In this document: positions 1-10,976 of the stretch, piece after piece | Layout of the letters: each line of letters starts with the position of its first letter | Position numbering within the stretch: the first letter of the stretch is position 1 | Source: Promethearchaeota archaeon | Lineage (GTDB): Archaea > Asgardarchaeota > Lokiarchaeia > Sigyniarchaeales > SOKP01 | Reading direction: 5' to 3' | Assembly (NCBI GenBank): GCA_048937405.1 | Contig: JBHLNF010000005.1 | Coordinates: forward strand, 128,001-192,000 | Length of the DNA stretch: 64,000 bases | Notes under the pieces: model-generated | Database searches by the model: none | Told to the model about the DNA's origin: nothing | Seen by the model: only the letters and a program-made list of their open reading frames with translations | Position numbers and translations under genes: made by a program

Positions 1-2413
1 CTGATTTATTTAAATAATATGAAATAAAGAACTGTGAAATCAAGAGATACTGAATCCTTTCACTTTTCAGATATTCAATTTTTTCGATACATTGAGTTTC
101 ATTAAAATCTTCTTCAAAAATGTCATAAAAAAAGTATTGTCTCACAAACGTAATAGAGTCTGTACCAACTCCCATAAAAAAGTTATCTCCCACTAAAACA
201 CCTGAATGAATTGGAATATTTTCTGAAATCCAGTTAAGGGTGGTAATTGCCGATTTTGAATATCTAAAACGAGTGCTGCCGTTAATGATTCCTGATATAA
301 CAATCCCCGAGAAAGAAAATAGAATAAAACTTATAGCCATTATATTTTTTAGAATTGGGAATAAAAACTTATATTTTTGGGTAAACTTATAATTTTTCAA
401 TTTATTTAAAAGTTCAAAAAATGCAATTGATGCAAAGATACTTAATGCAGGTATAGAATAAAACCAGATTCTATTAAACCAATAATCCATCATATTGATA
501 TTTCTTTCAGAGATATCAGTTGGTTGTAAAGGATAATTTATGATATTCTCTATAAAAGTTAATGAAAAAGCAAGTAAAAAAGAAAATATCACCCATGAAA
601 GTAAAACTAAGAATAAATTTTTAGATTTTTTATAACAATAATAACAGAAAAAAATCCCTAAAATCCCTATAAATCCCAAGTTTAGATATATTTTATCTAA
701 ATAGAGAAAGAAGAAAGATTCATTACTTAAATTTATGTTTAAAATAAATTCCTCTAAAGAAATAATGAAAAGTTCAAGAATTAAGAAAATTGAAAATAAA
801 AGTAATATTAGTTTGAAGAGAAATTTAAATAGAATATTATTCTTCTGCTCATTTTTTTCTCTTTTCTTAGAATTTTTAAATAGAACGAGATATAGACAAT
901 AGAGTATTAAAAATAATACTATAAAGATTGGATATGTAATAATATATGGCGATTTAATTTTATCTAAAATAGATAAAAATTCAGGATTAAAAAAGTATGG
1001 AAATAATCGAAGTACCATATAACTTAAATAAAAATTCAATAATATATCAAAAAAAAGAAAAAAGATAATAAGAGAAAGCACAAAAAATAGGAAAAATCTG
1101 AATACATAGACTTTTTTTCTTTTTTCAGAGAATAAAGAATATAAGAAAAGAAAAACTAAACCGATCAAAAGAGGGAAAGCATAAGTCAAGAAACTTAATA
1201 TTAAAAAAAATGAACCCAATATGATGACTTTAAAGTCACTACTCTTCCAAAATCTTCTTATCTCAAAATTATCTATACTTTTGTTATTTGTTACTATAAA
1301 AAATAAAGCAATACTAATAAAAAATAAGAAATATGAATAGCTTTTAAATATAAAATGAAATTCACTAACGAAAATTAATCGTGAAATAAGAGGATAAGAA
1401 AATAATCCAGAAAACAACGCTATAACTATAGTAGAGAAAACTGCATATTGTTTTTTGAAATTAAATAATAGAGATTTCATAAAAAGATATACTGACGTAA
1501 TGAATAAATAATTAAAAGGTGCCAACAAGGTATTTACATTAATATAAGGTAATCCAGTTAAAACACCAATACCAAAAGAGATATATCCCCAGAAATTAGG
1601 ATAAAAGTCAATAAAGAGCGGATTAATCCCACTAACCCCAATAAGATTAGCATATTTAATACCATCCCAAGGATCTCCAGGAGGAAGATACTCCCAACCA
1701 CATTGAAATCCAATCGAAATAGTTGAAATTGCTAAAGCAAATAAAAGAACAAAAGCTGTATTTTTTGAGATGATAATTTGTGTTTTAGTTATATTCAAAT
1801 TTTTAAACCTGATTATTTGAAAAATAATATCTATGAAAAATAAGGTTAACATGACAAATAATAAACATATACTTATGGATTCTCTCAATAATCCAATCTG
1901 ATCAAAGATTATAACAAAAACACCAATAAACCCAAAAGAAATGAGAGGATATAAAGTTATTTTTAAAAAAAAAGGTTCAATAGCAAATTTCTTAGAAATT
2001 TCATTCTTTGGAAAAAAAATAGTATATAAATTAGATCCTGGTAAGAATGCACAGCTTATTATAAATACAATTGCTCTGAAATAATTTAATGGCAGAACAT
2101 ATTCCCAATTTATAAGTGAATTATTAGAAGTTATAGGAGGAATAAAAACAGATATAAACATTAGGATTAGAAGAATAAATTTGAAAGAATTTTCTGATAA
2201 AAATCTAAATTTATAATCAAGAGTATTATATTTCTTATGATTTGAATTTATATAGAGAAAAAAAGATGTAATAACTATAATAAAACCTAATAATAATATC
2301 AATGAAATTTCATATCCTCTCACTTTAATGTAAAATGAACTAAAGAGTAGAAATAAATAAATTGAAATTAAAATTATGATACCAACAGATTTAATGGTTA
2401 TTTTATTGTTCAA
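1..2413 (-). CDS. Large multi-pass membrane protein, GT-C/AglB(STT3)-like architecture (3' end truncated by window edge, >=804 aa)
   Basis: Not in ORF track. Manual minus-strand translation is open from TTG at 2413 (in-frame TGA three codons upstream) to position 2. Many hydrophobic segments, loop LPPGDPWDGIKY...FYPNFWG, C-terminal soluble part AITTLNWISENIP with N-x-S/T sequons; no WWDYG seen. Confidence 0.75.
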   Translation of the reverse strand, partial: MNNKITIKSVGIIILISIYLFLLFSSFYIKVRGYEISLILLLGFIIVITSFFLYINSNHKKYNTLDYKFRFLSENSFKFILLILMFISVFIPPITSNNSLINWEYVLPLNYFRAIVFIISCAFLPGSNLYTIFFPKNEISKKFAIEPFFLKITLYPLISFGFIGVFVIIFDQIGLLRESISICLLFVMLTLFFIDIIFQIIRFKNLNITKTQIIISKNTAFVLLFALAISTISIGFQCGWEYLPPGDPWDGIKYANLIGVSGINPLFIDFYPNFWGYISFGIGVLTGLPYINVNTLLAPFNYLFITSVYLFMKSLLFNFKKQYAVFSTIVIALFSGLFSYPLISRLIFVSEFHFIFKSYSYFLFFISIALFFIVTNNKSIDNFEIRRFWKSSDFKVIILGSFFLILSFLTYAFPLLIGLVFLFLYSLFSEKRKKVYVFRFFLFFVLSLIIFFLFFDILLNFYLSYMVLRLFPYFFNPEFLSILDKIKSPYIITYPIFIVLFLILYCLYLVLFKNSKKREKNEQKNNILFKFLFKLILLLFSIFLILELFIISLEEFILNINLSNESFFFLYLDKIYLNLGFIGILGIFFCYYCYKKSKNLFLVLLSWVIFSFLLAFSLTFIENIINYPLQPTDISERNINMMDYWFNRIWFYSIPALSIFASIAFFELLNKLKNYKFTQKYKFLFPILKNIMAISFILFSFSGIVISGIINGSTRFRYSKSAITTLNWISENIPIHSGVLVGDNFFMGVGTDSITFVRQYFFYDIFEEDFNETQCIEKIEYLKSERIQYLLISQFFISYYLNKS

Positions 2414-2777
2414 TTCTACTCAAGAAAATTTGTTGGGATATATTATAAAAACCAAATTATGAATATAACTAAAAGATTTTGATTTAAGATAATGAAATTA
2501 TAATTTAACAACTTTTTGAGTAATTATATAAATTGCAATTCTAATTGAATTAAGCTGTTGTATTCAGAACATAATTAATAATTTTAATAATGACTATAAT
2601 ATAAAAAAATTAGTAACAATTAACGATATAATAAAATCAAATTTCGATTATTAATGCTAATCTCAATAAAAATGAAGATTTATTTTTTGTGTCAACTTAA
2701 TTTAACAAAAAACCTATAATTTTTGATAAGGTAAAATAAAAAAAAGATAAATATAAATTACACAGGATTAATATAAG

Positions 2778-3959
2778 ATGAATATCTTATTAATATCTCA
2801 TTTCTTCCCACCGCATAGAGGAGGAGTTGAAACTGCTAGTTATAATACTATGAGAAATTTAGCTAAATTAGGGCATAATGTTGTAGTATTAACAAGTAAA
2901 GATAGAGATATTAAGTGTAAAGTCGAAGAGAAAAATGGGTCATTAATTTATAGGTTCAAGTCATATTATCCACCAGAAATAAAAGGCTTAACTCAAAGTT
3001 CAAATCTAGGGATAATGCCTAAAGCTATATTAAAATTACCAAAAATTATAAAAAAACATAAAATTCATCTTATTCATGTTGAGGGCCGTTTCTTTCCAAT
3101 ATCTTTTATCTCCGCTTTTTTGAATCATTTTATTTTTAAAAAGCCAATACTGGTCACTGCTCAGGGAAGGTTAAGAGGAGGGATAACTAAATTTGTTGAA
3201 AGAATATTTGATAAAACCATTACCAGAACTGTTTATCAAAAAACAAACAAAATAATTTGTGTGAGTAATTCTCTAAAGCAATATTTATTAAAAGAAAATA
3301 TTAATGAAAGAAAATTAATAGTAATTCCAAATGGAGTCGATACTGATCTTTTTACTAGGATCAAAACTTCAGATATTTTAGATAAATATATTGAGACAAA
3401 AAAAGACTGTAGAAAAGTAATTTTTGTAGGGAGATTAGATAAACAGAAAGGAGTTGAATATTTACTAAAAGCTATACCAAAAATCATTAAGGAATATGAA
3501 AAATCACATTTTTTCATATTAGGAAATGGAATTTTAGAAATGAAATTAAAAAACCTTGTTGAAAAATTAGATATTAAATCATATGTTACGTTTCTAGATA
3601 TGGTACCTTTGGAAAAAATGCCTGAGTATTATTCTGCAGCTGAGATTTTTTGTTTACCTTCTATTCATGAAGGTTTTCCCTTAACTATTAGTGAGGCATT
3701 GTCAATTGGTCTTGTTATAGTAGCTTCAAATACTGAAGGTATTCCAGATGCAATATTGGAAGGAGAACACGGTTTTTTATTTGAACCTGGTAATGTATCT
3801 CAATTAGCTGAGAAAATTGTAATGGCTTTGAATCTAACGTCACAGGAAGCTAAAAGAATTTCTGAAAATAATACTAAGTTAGCAAAAGAAAAATATTCAT
3901 GGGAGATTATTGTTAAAAAACTATTAAATGTGTATAAAAGTTGTTTTAAGTACAGTTGA
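2778..3959 (+). CDS. Glycosyltransferase family 4 (GT-B)
   Basis: FFPPHRGGVE, IPNGVD, FVGRLDKQKG, PSIHEGFPLTISEA (E-x7-E). Confidence 0.93.
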   Translation: MNILLISHFFPPHRGGVETASYNTMRNLAKLGHNVVVLTSKDRDIKCKVEEKNGSLIYRFKSYYPPEIKGLTQSSNLGIMPKAILKLPKIIKKHKIHLIHVEGRFFPISFISAFLNHFIFKKPILVTAQGRLRGGITKFVERIFDKTITRTVYQKTNKIICVSNSLKQYLLKENINERKLIVIPNGVDTDLFTRIKTSDILDKYIETKKDCRKVIFVGRLDKQKGVEYLLKAIPKIIKEYEKSHFFILGNGILEMKLKNLVEKLDIKSYVTFLDMVPLEKMPEYYSAAEIFCLPSIHEGFPLTISEALSIGLVIVASNTEGIPDAILEGEHGFLFEPGNVSQLAEKIVMALNLTSQEAKRISENNTKLAKEKYSWEIIVKKLLNVYKSCFKYS

Positions 3960-4017
3960 TTTCTAATTCTTTTTTTAAATCTATATTAAAATACATAAAA
4001 AATAAAGAACTAGTAAA

Positions 4018-5211
4018 ATGAATATAATAAGAATAAGTACAAGAATTTTTCCTGATAAAGGTGGCCCCGCAAAACAATCATATCTCTTGTCCAAATATTG
4101 TTCTAAAATAAATATCCGTGCTTTTAATATTGCATGCATTCTATCAAGGAAATATTATAGAGACAAAAAAAAAGTTAATCAAAATTTTGAAATTCAATAT
4201 CTCCCATTTAAAGCACCAGGCGTTAACGCCAATGTATTGAAACATGGACTTTTTTTCTTCAAATTTATGTTTTATGGGATATTAAAAATGATTAAAATAA
4301 TCAGAAGAGAGAAAATTGACTTAATTCATGCTCATACTCCACCACCCTCTGGATTCATAGCTCTTATAATAAGTAAACTTTTCCGAATTCCATATTTTTA
4401 TACTTTACATGGATCACAAGTTCCAGTTAATTTCCTCTTAGATCTAGATTATAAATTATGCGTGAAAAATGCAAAAAAAACATTTATTGTTAATAGGCGT
4501 TTATTGAATTTAATTAAAAAAAAGTATGATTTTCACAATTTAGAATGGTTTCCAAATGGTATCGAAATTTCTAATAAGGGTGATTCAAAATTTAAACAAG
4601 AAAAATCCTTGATAATTAAAAAAATTGATTTGGAAAAATATTGTCAAAAAGAGGATTTTATTATTTCATATATTGGTTATATGATTTTTCGTCATAAAGT
4701 AAAAGGTATGATCGATTTTTTAGAAGGCTTCAAAAAATTTATAGATAAATTACCTTCAGCAGAAGAAAGATCTAAAATTAAGTTACTTTTTATTGGTGAT
4801 GGTGAATTCTCTTATTTATTAAAAAATAAGATTAATCAATTAAAATTAGATGATCAGGTCTTTGTTTTAGGAGAACGAAAAGATATTAAAAAGGTTTTAT
4901 TGATCACAGATTTATTAGGTCTAACTTCTTATATAGAAGGTTTTCCCAATGTAATTTTAGAAGCAATGGCATCAAATGTTCCTTGCTTAGCCACAAATGT
5001 AGGAGAAGTTAAACATATCATTGGAGAAACAGGATATATTGTTCAACCAGGTGATATTGTAAGTATAGGACAAAAATTAGGAAATTTTTACAATTTAACA
5101 GAAACTAAACGCAAAAAAATGGGAGAAAAGGCTTTTAATCGAGTAAGAAACTTATTTGATATAAAAATTATTATAAAGAAATTAAAAGACTATTACATCT
5201 CTGTTGATTGA
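4018..5211 (+). CDS. Glycosyltransferase family 4
   Basis: FPDKGGPA, FPNGIE, IGDG, SYIEGFPNVILEAMAS. Confidence 0.92.
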   Translation: MNIIRISTRIFPDKGGPAKQSYLLSKYCSKINIRAFNIACILSRKYYRDKKKVNQNFEIQYLPFKAPGVNANVLKHGLFFFKFMFYGILKMIKIIRREKIDLIHAHTPPPSGFIALIISKLFRIPYFYTLHGSQVPVNFLLDLDYKLCVKNAKKTFIVNRRLLNLIKKKYDFHNLEWFPNGIEISNKGDSKFKQEKSLIIKKIDLEKYCQKEDFIISYIGYMIFRHKVKGMIDFLEGFKKFIDKLPSAEERSKIKLLFIGDGEFSYLLKNKINQLKLDDQVFVLGERKDIKKVLLITDLLGLTSYIEGFPNVILEAMASNVPCLATNVGEVKHIIGETGYIVQPGDIVSIGQKLGNFYNLTETKRKKMGEKAFNRVRNLFDIKIIIKKLKDYYISVD

Positions 5212-5214
5212 TTC

Positions 5215-5222
5215 TTTTTTTT
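5215..5222 (+). terminator. Oligo-T tract (archaeal-type intrinsic terminator candidate)
   Basis: T8 immediately after the stop codon, no GC hairpin. Similar tracts at 3970-3976, 26457-26464, 57245-57252 and 62413-62421. Weak evidence in such AT-rich DNA. Confidence 0.35.
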
Positions 5223-5349
5223 ACACTAGATTTTCAGTTATTTTTCAAATTCTTATAAATTTAGTGAAAAAATAATTATAATATGAATAATACTAAAACT
5301 TAATATCTCCTAAACAAAAAGGATTATTAGTCAAAATTTATTGAATTCT

Positions 5350-6471
5350 ATGAAAAAAAAGATTTTAATAGTGATTCCTTCATTGGAAATTGGTGGAGGA
5401 GCAGAGAGAGTTGCAGCTTCATTAACAAAAAAATTAGCAAAAAAGTATACTGTTTTTATAATTACATTTTATAATTTTCAAAAAACTTATCCATATGAGG
5501 GATTTTATCATTCTCTTAATCTAAAATTAAAGACTTGGCGCAGAATTTTCCTCCCTATTAACATTTTTAAAGTTATTCAACCAATTTCTCCGGATTTAAT
5601 AATTTCCTTTTTAGCCCACACGAATATCTTAATTATTTTAATAAAAATTTTATTTCGAATGAAGATACCATTAATCATATGTAATCATACTAATCTTAAA
5701 ATGGCATATAAAGATAGAAAAAAATATATAAATTTTTTTGTAAAAATATTATATCGATTAAATTGGATTAAAAAGATTATTACGATATCAAAGGAAAATC
5801 ACGCTTCTTTAGTAAATGATTACAATATAAAAAAGAGTTTAATAACAACAATTCATAATGGAATTGATCTCCAAGAGATCAGAGAATTAAGCAATGCTGA
5901 AGTAAATTACAGAGGAATATTTGAAAATAAAGAAATTATCAAATTTATCACAATTGGGAGATTACACGAATTAAAAAGACATAGAGATCTTATTATAGCG
6001 TTCTCTAGGGTTAAGTCTGAGATAATTAATGCAAAATTATTCATTATTGGAGATGGATCTTTAAGAAAAGAACTAGAAGAACTAATAAAACAAAAAGACT
6101 TAGAAAATGACATCATTTTACTAGGATTAGTAGAAAATCCATATAGTTATCTCTCAAAATCAGACATTTTTGTACTGTCCTCTAAATATGAAGTTTTTCC
6201 TATGGTTTTACTTGAAGCATTAGCATGTGGGCTTCCAATAATATCAACTAATTGTAAGACAGGGCCTCAAGAAATTCTAAACAACGGCCAATATGGAATC
6301 TTGACAAAAGTAATGGATTCTGATGAATTAGCTGAAAAAATGATTTATTTAGCTAAAAATGAAGACTTTAGAGAGAAGTATGCTAAGAAATCATTAGAAA
6401 GAGCTAAAATTTTTGATATTAATAATATTTCAGAAGAATGGTTCGATCTTATTGATTCCTATATTGGTTAA
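5350..6471 (+). CDS. Glycosyltransferase family 4 (PglJ/WabH-like)
   Basis: GGGAERV, IHNGID, IGRLHELKRH, SKYEVFPMVLLEALACG, CKTGPQEIL. ATG at 5350 preferred over TTG at 5341. Confidence 0.92.
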   Translation: MKKKILIVIPSLEIGGGAERVAASLTKKLAKKYTVFIITFYNFQKTYPYEGFYHSLNLKLKTWRRIFLPINIFKVIQPISPDLIISFLAHTNILIILIKILFRMKIPLIICNHTNLKMAYKDRKKYINFFVKILYRLNWIKKIITISKENHASLVNDYNIKKSLITTIHNGIDLQEIRELSNAEVNYRGIFENKEIIKFITIGRLHELKRHRDLIIAFSRVKSEIINAKLFIIGDGSLRKELEELIKQKDLENDIILLGLVENPYSYLSKSDIFVLSSKYEVFPMVLLEALACGLPIISTNCKTGPQEILNNGQYGILTKVMDSDELAEKMIYLAKNEDFREKYAKKSLERAKIFDINNISEEWFDLIDSYIG

Positions 6472-6690
6472 ACTGTTATATTAATAAATTTCTTCCTTTA
6501 TCTTAGCAGAGATTTCATTAAAAAAATTAATCCCAATTTATAACTTTTAAAGTTTGCCAGAAAATCATTTTATTTAACAAAAAACATGGATTTTGAAATA
6601 TAAAAACTAATGATCTCAACTTATTTGTATCATAAAATATTTTTTTTAATGATATAGTATTGATTTTTTATTGATCAAATAAATATAAAG

Positions 6691-7809
6691 ATGTATAAAA
6701 AATTAAAAATTTGCATTGTTTCACCGAGAATTTATTCACTATTCAATAACCAATGCAAAGTTCCTTATGGTGGAGCAGAAGTTCAATTATACTTACTATC
6801 TAAAGAATTTGTAAAAAACGAATTTATCAAATTGACAATAATTACAGGAGATTATGATTTAAAAAAAGCAAAAATAGAATATCATAATAATCTATTATTA
6901 TATATTACTCAACCTCTCTCTAAAAAATTTATAAATTTTTTAAAAAGACCTATTTTATTATTTCTTACATTAAAAAATATTAATCCAAACATAGTTATTC
7001 AAAGAGTTGGAGGTATTGAAACTGGAATCTGTGCTTTTTATGCGAAATTATTCAAAAAAAAGTTCATTTTTTCAATTGCTCATGAATATGATGTAATAAA
7101 AAATGGCAATATAGGCATATCTGGTTTCTTTTATAGATACGGATTAAAAAATGCTGATTTTATAGTAGCACAATCTAAAAGCCAAATTTCTAAATTAGAA
7201 TCATGGAGAAAAAAAAAAATTAATAATATTAAAGTTATAAAAAGTGGATATAGTATCTCCAATTTAGATATCAAAGAGAAGAATAATATTCTATGGGTAG
7301 GAAGAGCTGCTAAATGGAAAAGACCTGAATTATTTTTAAAGTTAGCAGAAAAGTTACCTAATGAACAATTCATCATAATATGTAATAAGAGTACGGATAT
7401 GGCATATTGGAATAAGATTTTTCTTGAATCAAAAGTTATGGAGAATATTGAATTCATAAAATATATCCCTTTCAATAATATTGAAGATTTTTTTAGAAAA
7501 GCCAAAATTTTTATTAGTACTTCACTTAAGGAAGGGTTTCCTAACACTTTTATTCAAGCCTTAAAGAATAGAACCCCTATTATTTCATTAAATGTAGATC
7601 CTGATAAATTTTTAACCAAAAATAAAATAGGATTTTTTTGTAACGATAATTTTATTGAGATGGTTAAAAATTTGAAATTACTGATAGAAAATCATGAATT
7701 ATATGAAAATTACTCTTTAAACGCATTATTATATGTTCAAAAACACCATGATATTAGTATAATTGGAAATAAATGGATTAAATTGATTTTAGGAATAAAT
7801 AAATCCTAA
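6691..7809 (+). CDS. Glycosyltransferase family 4
   Basis: YGGAEVQ, LWVGRAAKWKRPE, SLKEGFPNTFIQA. Confidence 0.9.
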   Translation: MYKKLKICIVSPRIYSLFNNQCKVPYGGAEVQLYLLSKEFVKNEFIKLTIITGDYDLKKAKIEYHNNLLLYITQPLSKKFINFLKRPILLFLTLKNINPNIVIQRVGGIETGICAFYAKLFKKKFIFSIAHEYDVIKNGNIGISGFFYRYGLKNADFIVAQSKSQISKLESWRKKKINNIKVIKSGYSISNLDIKEKNNILWVGRAAKWKRPELFLKLAEKLPNEQFIIICNKSTDMAYWNKIFLESKVMENIEFIKYIPFNNIEDFFRKAKIFISTSLKEGFPNTFIQALKNRTPIISLNVDPDKFLTKNKIGFFCNDNFIEMVKNLKLLIENHELYENYSLNALLYVQKHHDISIIGNKWIKLILGINKS

Positions 7810-8163
7810 AATTGTTAAAGTCAATAATTAAGGAAATTAGAGTTTGATTAAAAATAATTAATGAACTATATTTATTAGTTAAACTTAATACTTTTAAGAA
7901 GTAAAATCTAATAAGGCTAATTTTCTAATAGTTCAATTTAGTATAATTGAAATCTCGTGTATCAAATAACTTTTTTAGGAGATGCATTATCTCTTAATAG
8001 AGAAAAATAAAGTAATGTTTACTTATAGAAAAATCTATGATAGGTGTTGAAAAAATATATTTAAATTTGTTTAAATAATATAAACAGATAAATATCTCGT
8101 ATATACTTTTTAAAACCGCTTTTTTAAGGAGAAAAGAATTTATCTGTAAAATATAGATAATTT

Positions 8164-9624
8164 ATGAAAATCTTAATGAAACTGCTAAATTTATTGAGTA
8201 AAAATTTAAAAAATAAAGAATTACTAATTAATTTAATGATAAAGATTAAAATTCTAAAGAATCTCAATCATATTATAAAGAAGTTTATTTTCGAAAAGCT
8301 TTTAGGTCTGAACTTTTCATTTTTACATGATTCTTTTTTTGCGGATATCTACAATGATGTTTCATTTATAAGAAATCCCATTTTATTTGGAAAACGTATT
8401 TATAGTAGTTTTAGATACGTAAAAGATAAAAAAATTCAAGAATTTAAAGAATTTATAAGGTATGGGGAAAAAAAATTAAGTATTAGTAAAATTTATTGGG
8501 CTAATCCTAAAAACATAAAGTATAACTTAGAAGATAATTTTTTTAACTCATCTGATTACTCCTTAACTTTAACAGGTGATTGGGATCTACCTGTTAAATA
8601 CTTTAAAGATCTTTCTGTATATAGAGCTCTTAAACAGAGAATTAAAGAAGGAAAGAATTGGGAAGAAATTGAATTTTATAATCGAAGTCTGAATGAAATT
8701 TCTAAAGGAATAAATAAATTGGGTTGTAAAAATAAAGAAGAATTGGAAATTAAGATAAGAAATATAGATTCCTTATCTAATCAATTAAAAGAAGATAGTA
8801 GGCTTCTGATGGGAAATATTAAATATTTAAAAAAAATTTTTAGAAATCTAAGAACTCAAACGATTATAGATAAGATTATCGTTGTCATTGGAAGAAATGG
8901 ACAACTTATTCATGCTAGTGATGGAATTGGTCTATCAATTGCCAAATTATTTAATATTCCTTTAGTACCAATTTATATTACTGCTAGGCATAAGAAATGG
9001 ATGGATTTTAGAAAAGAACTAATCTACTTTATCAGAAAATATAATAATGGAATACTTTATCAACCCATAACTCATCCTGATCTTCAATATTTCCCCAATC
9101 AACATGGGGAAACCCGTTATTATATGATTAAAGAAAATATCTCCATTTCCCAGGGAAAAATTCTTGATATTGGAGCGAATTTAGGATATTTCTGTCATAG
9201 ATTTGAAGATGAGGGATATGATTGTTATGCTGCTGAAAAAAATCTAATTAATTCATATTTTTTAAAAAAACTACATCGTGCAGAAAATAAAAAGTTTAAA
9301 ATTATATTAGGTTCAATCTTTGAATATAAAAAAAATCAAGAGTTACATTTCGATATAGTTTTTGCTTTGAATATTTTTCATCATTTTTTAAAGACAAAGA
9401 ATCTTTATTTAAATTTAATCAAATTATTAAAAAGACTTAACGTAAAGGAGCTATACTTTGGTCCACATACACTAAACTATTTTCGAAATAAGCCGTTTTA
9501 TAGAAATTATAACCCAGAACAGTTCGTAAACTTTATAATTAAAAATTCTAGTTTAAAACGAGCAAAATTCATAGGAAAGACTATAGATGGAAGATCTTTA
9601 TACAAAATTACATCTTATGACTAA
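8164..9624 (+). CDS. Degenerate ParB/Srx-like domain + intact class I SAM methyltransferase (WbdD-methyltransferase-like)
   Basis: YQPITHPD, ILDIGANLG (motif I), AAEKN, FDIVFALNIFHH. N-terminal half is paralogous to 10977 but DGRHR is replaced by SDGIG. The real start may be downstream of 8164. Confidence 0.7.
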   Translation: MKILMKLLNLLSKNLKNKELLINLMIKIKILKNLNHIIKKFIFEKLLGLNFSFLHDSFFADIYNDVSFIRNPILFGKRIYSSFRYVKDKKIQEFKEFIRYGEKKLSISKIYWANPKNIKYNLEDNFFNSSDYSLTLTGDWDLPVKYFKDLSVYRALKQRIKEGKNWEEIEFYNRSLNEISKGINKLGCKNKEELEIKIRNIDSLSNQLKEDSRLLMGNIKYLKKIFRNLRTQTIIDKIIVVIGRNGQLIHASDGIGLSIAKLFNIPLVPIYITARHKKWMDFRKELIYFIRKYNNGILYQPITHPDLQYFPNQHGETRYYMIKENISISQGKILDIGANLGYFCHRFEDEGYDCYAAEKNLINSYFLKKLHRAENKKFKIILGSIFEYKKNQELHFDIVFALNIFHHFLKTKNLYLNLIKLLKRLNVKELYFGPHTLNYFRNKPFYRNYNPEQFVNFIIKNSSLKRAKFIGKTIDGRSLYKITSYD

Positions 9625-9742
9625 ATCCCCCTACATAAGAGTTATTCATCTGTTAATTTAGAAAATACTCTTTATTAAATAACTTAAATTGTTTGATATC
9701 ATTATTTAAATTTAAAATACAATGACTTATTTAAAATTTTAG

Positions 9743-10945
9743 ATGAAAATTGCTGTAATCACTGATCATATTCCTTCTAAATGGGCTCATAGTATTAATA
9801 CTATGAAGATGGCTCAGGGTTTTTTTAAATTAGGACATAAAGTAGAGGTTTTAGTTATCCAGAGATATAAAGAAGCCAAAAACAAGTTAAAAATAAAAGA
9901 TGTTCATAATTTTTATGGTGTCAATAAAAAAGTTAAAATAAAATATTTTCGGGATTATTCCCCATATTATTTTCGGGAAATTCGATATTTAGGAGGTTTT
10001 CTGGTTGAAGCTGCTAATTTTCTAACAAGATTTTTATATCCCTTAAAAATTTTTTTCGATCCTGAAAAGAAAATTAGTTATTATTGCAAAAAAGAAAAAT
10101 TCGATTTAGCGTTCTGCAGAAGAGCATATAAAACAGTATATTATAATACTTTCAATAAAATATCAACAATTTTAGATGTTCATGATTATAGAAATGCAGA
10201 ATTAAATGATATTGTAAAATTGAATAACAATGTATACTTTAAAGGTATAATGACAATCAATAATGTAATAAAAGAAAAATTGATTAAGTTTGGTTTCGCA
10301 AGAGAGAAATTTGCAGTTATGGATAATGCAGTAGAATTAAATAAATTTAACCAAATAACTGATAATAAATTAGAGTTAAGAAAAAAATTAAATCTACCAT
10401 TAAATAGAAGGATTATATTATATTCTGGAGCATTATATAATAATCGAGGTATTGATAGTATTTTAAATGCATCAAATTTGCTAAAACATAAAGATATTTC
10501 ATTTTTTTTTATTGGTGGAGATACAAAATCTATTAAACGGTGGAAAAAATTTATTTCGAAGAATTCAATTTTAGCAAATATAAGTTTTTTAGGATGGAAG
10601 GAACGGAATTTGGTTCCATTATATCTCAAAGCTTCTGATATTTTATTAGCAACATATTCAGTAAATTGTCCAACATTAGATATAATGTCCCCAGTAAAAC
10701 TTATCGAATACATGGCATCAAAAACTCCTTCTATTGTAACAAAAATAGGTAGAAATATTGAATTATGTGAAGATTATACTAATTGTTTATTTACTAAACC
10801 TGATGATCCAAGAGATTTGAGTGAAAAAATCGAAATTCTACTTTTAAATGATGAACTTAAGAATAAATTGATAACGAATGCTTATGCTAAAGCAAAAAAT
10901 TATACATTTGAAAAAAGATGCCAAAAAATTCTTGAATTATTATAA
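9743..10945 (+). CDS. Glycosyltransferase family 4
   Basis: AHSINTMKMA, DNAVE, YSGALYNNRG, SPVKLIEYMAS. Confidence 0.9.
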   Translation: MKIAVITDHIPSKWAHSINTMKMAQGFFKLGHKVEVLVIQRYKEAKNKLKIKDVHNFYGVNKKVKIKYFRDYSPYYFREIRYLGGFLVEAANFLTRFLYPLKIFFDPEKKISYYCKKEKFDLAFCRRAYKTVYYNTFNKISTILDVHDYRNAELNDIVKLNNNVYFKGIMTINNVIKEKLIKFGFAREKFAVMDNAVELNKFNQITDNKLELRKKLNLPLNRRIILYSGALYNNRGIDSILNASNLLKHKDISFFFIGGDTKSIKRWKKFISKNSILANISFLGWKERNLVPLYLKASDILLATYSVNCPTLDIMSPVKLIEYMASKTPSIVTKIGRNIELCEDYTNCLFTKPDDPRDLSEKIEILLLNDELKNKLITNAYAKAKNYTFEKRCQKILELL

Positions 10946-10976
10946 TTCAAAAACATCGTAGAAATAATGTTATACT

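Noticed and set aside
9722-9742. Six-codon uORF (MTYLKF-TAG) abutting the GT4 ATG in frame
   Set aside because: The GT4 has a normal N-terminus at 9743; easily chance.
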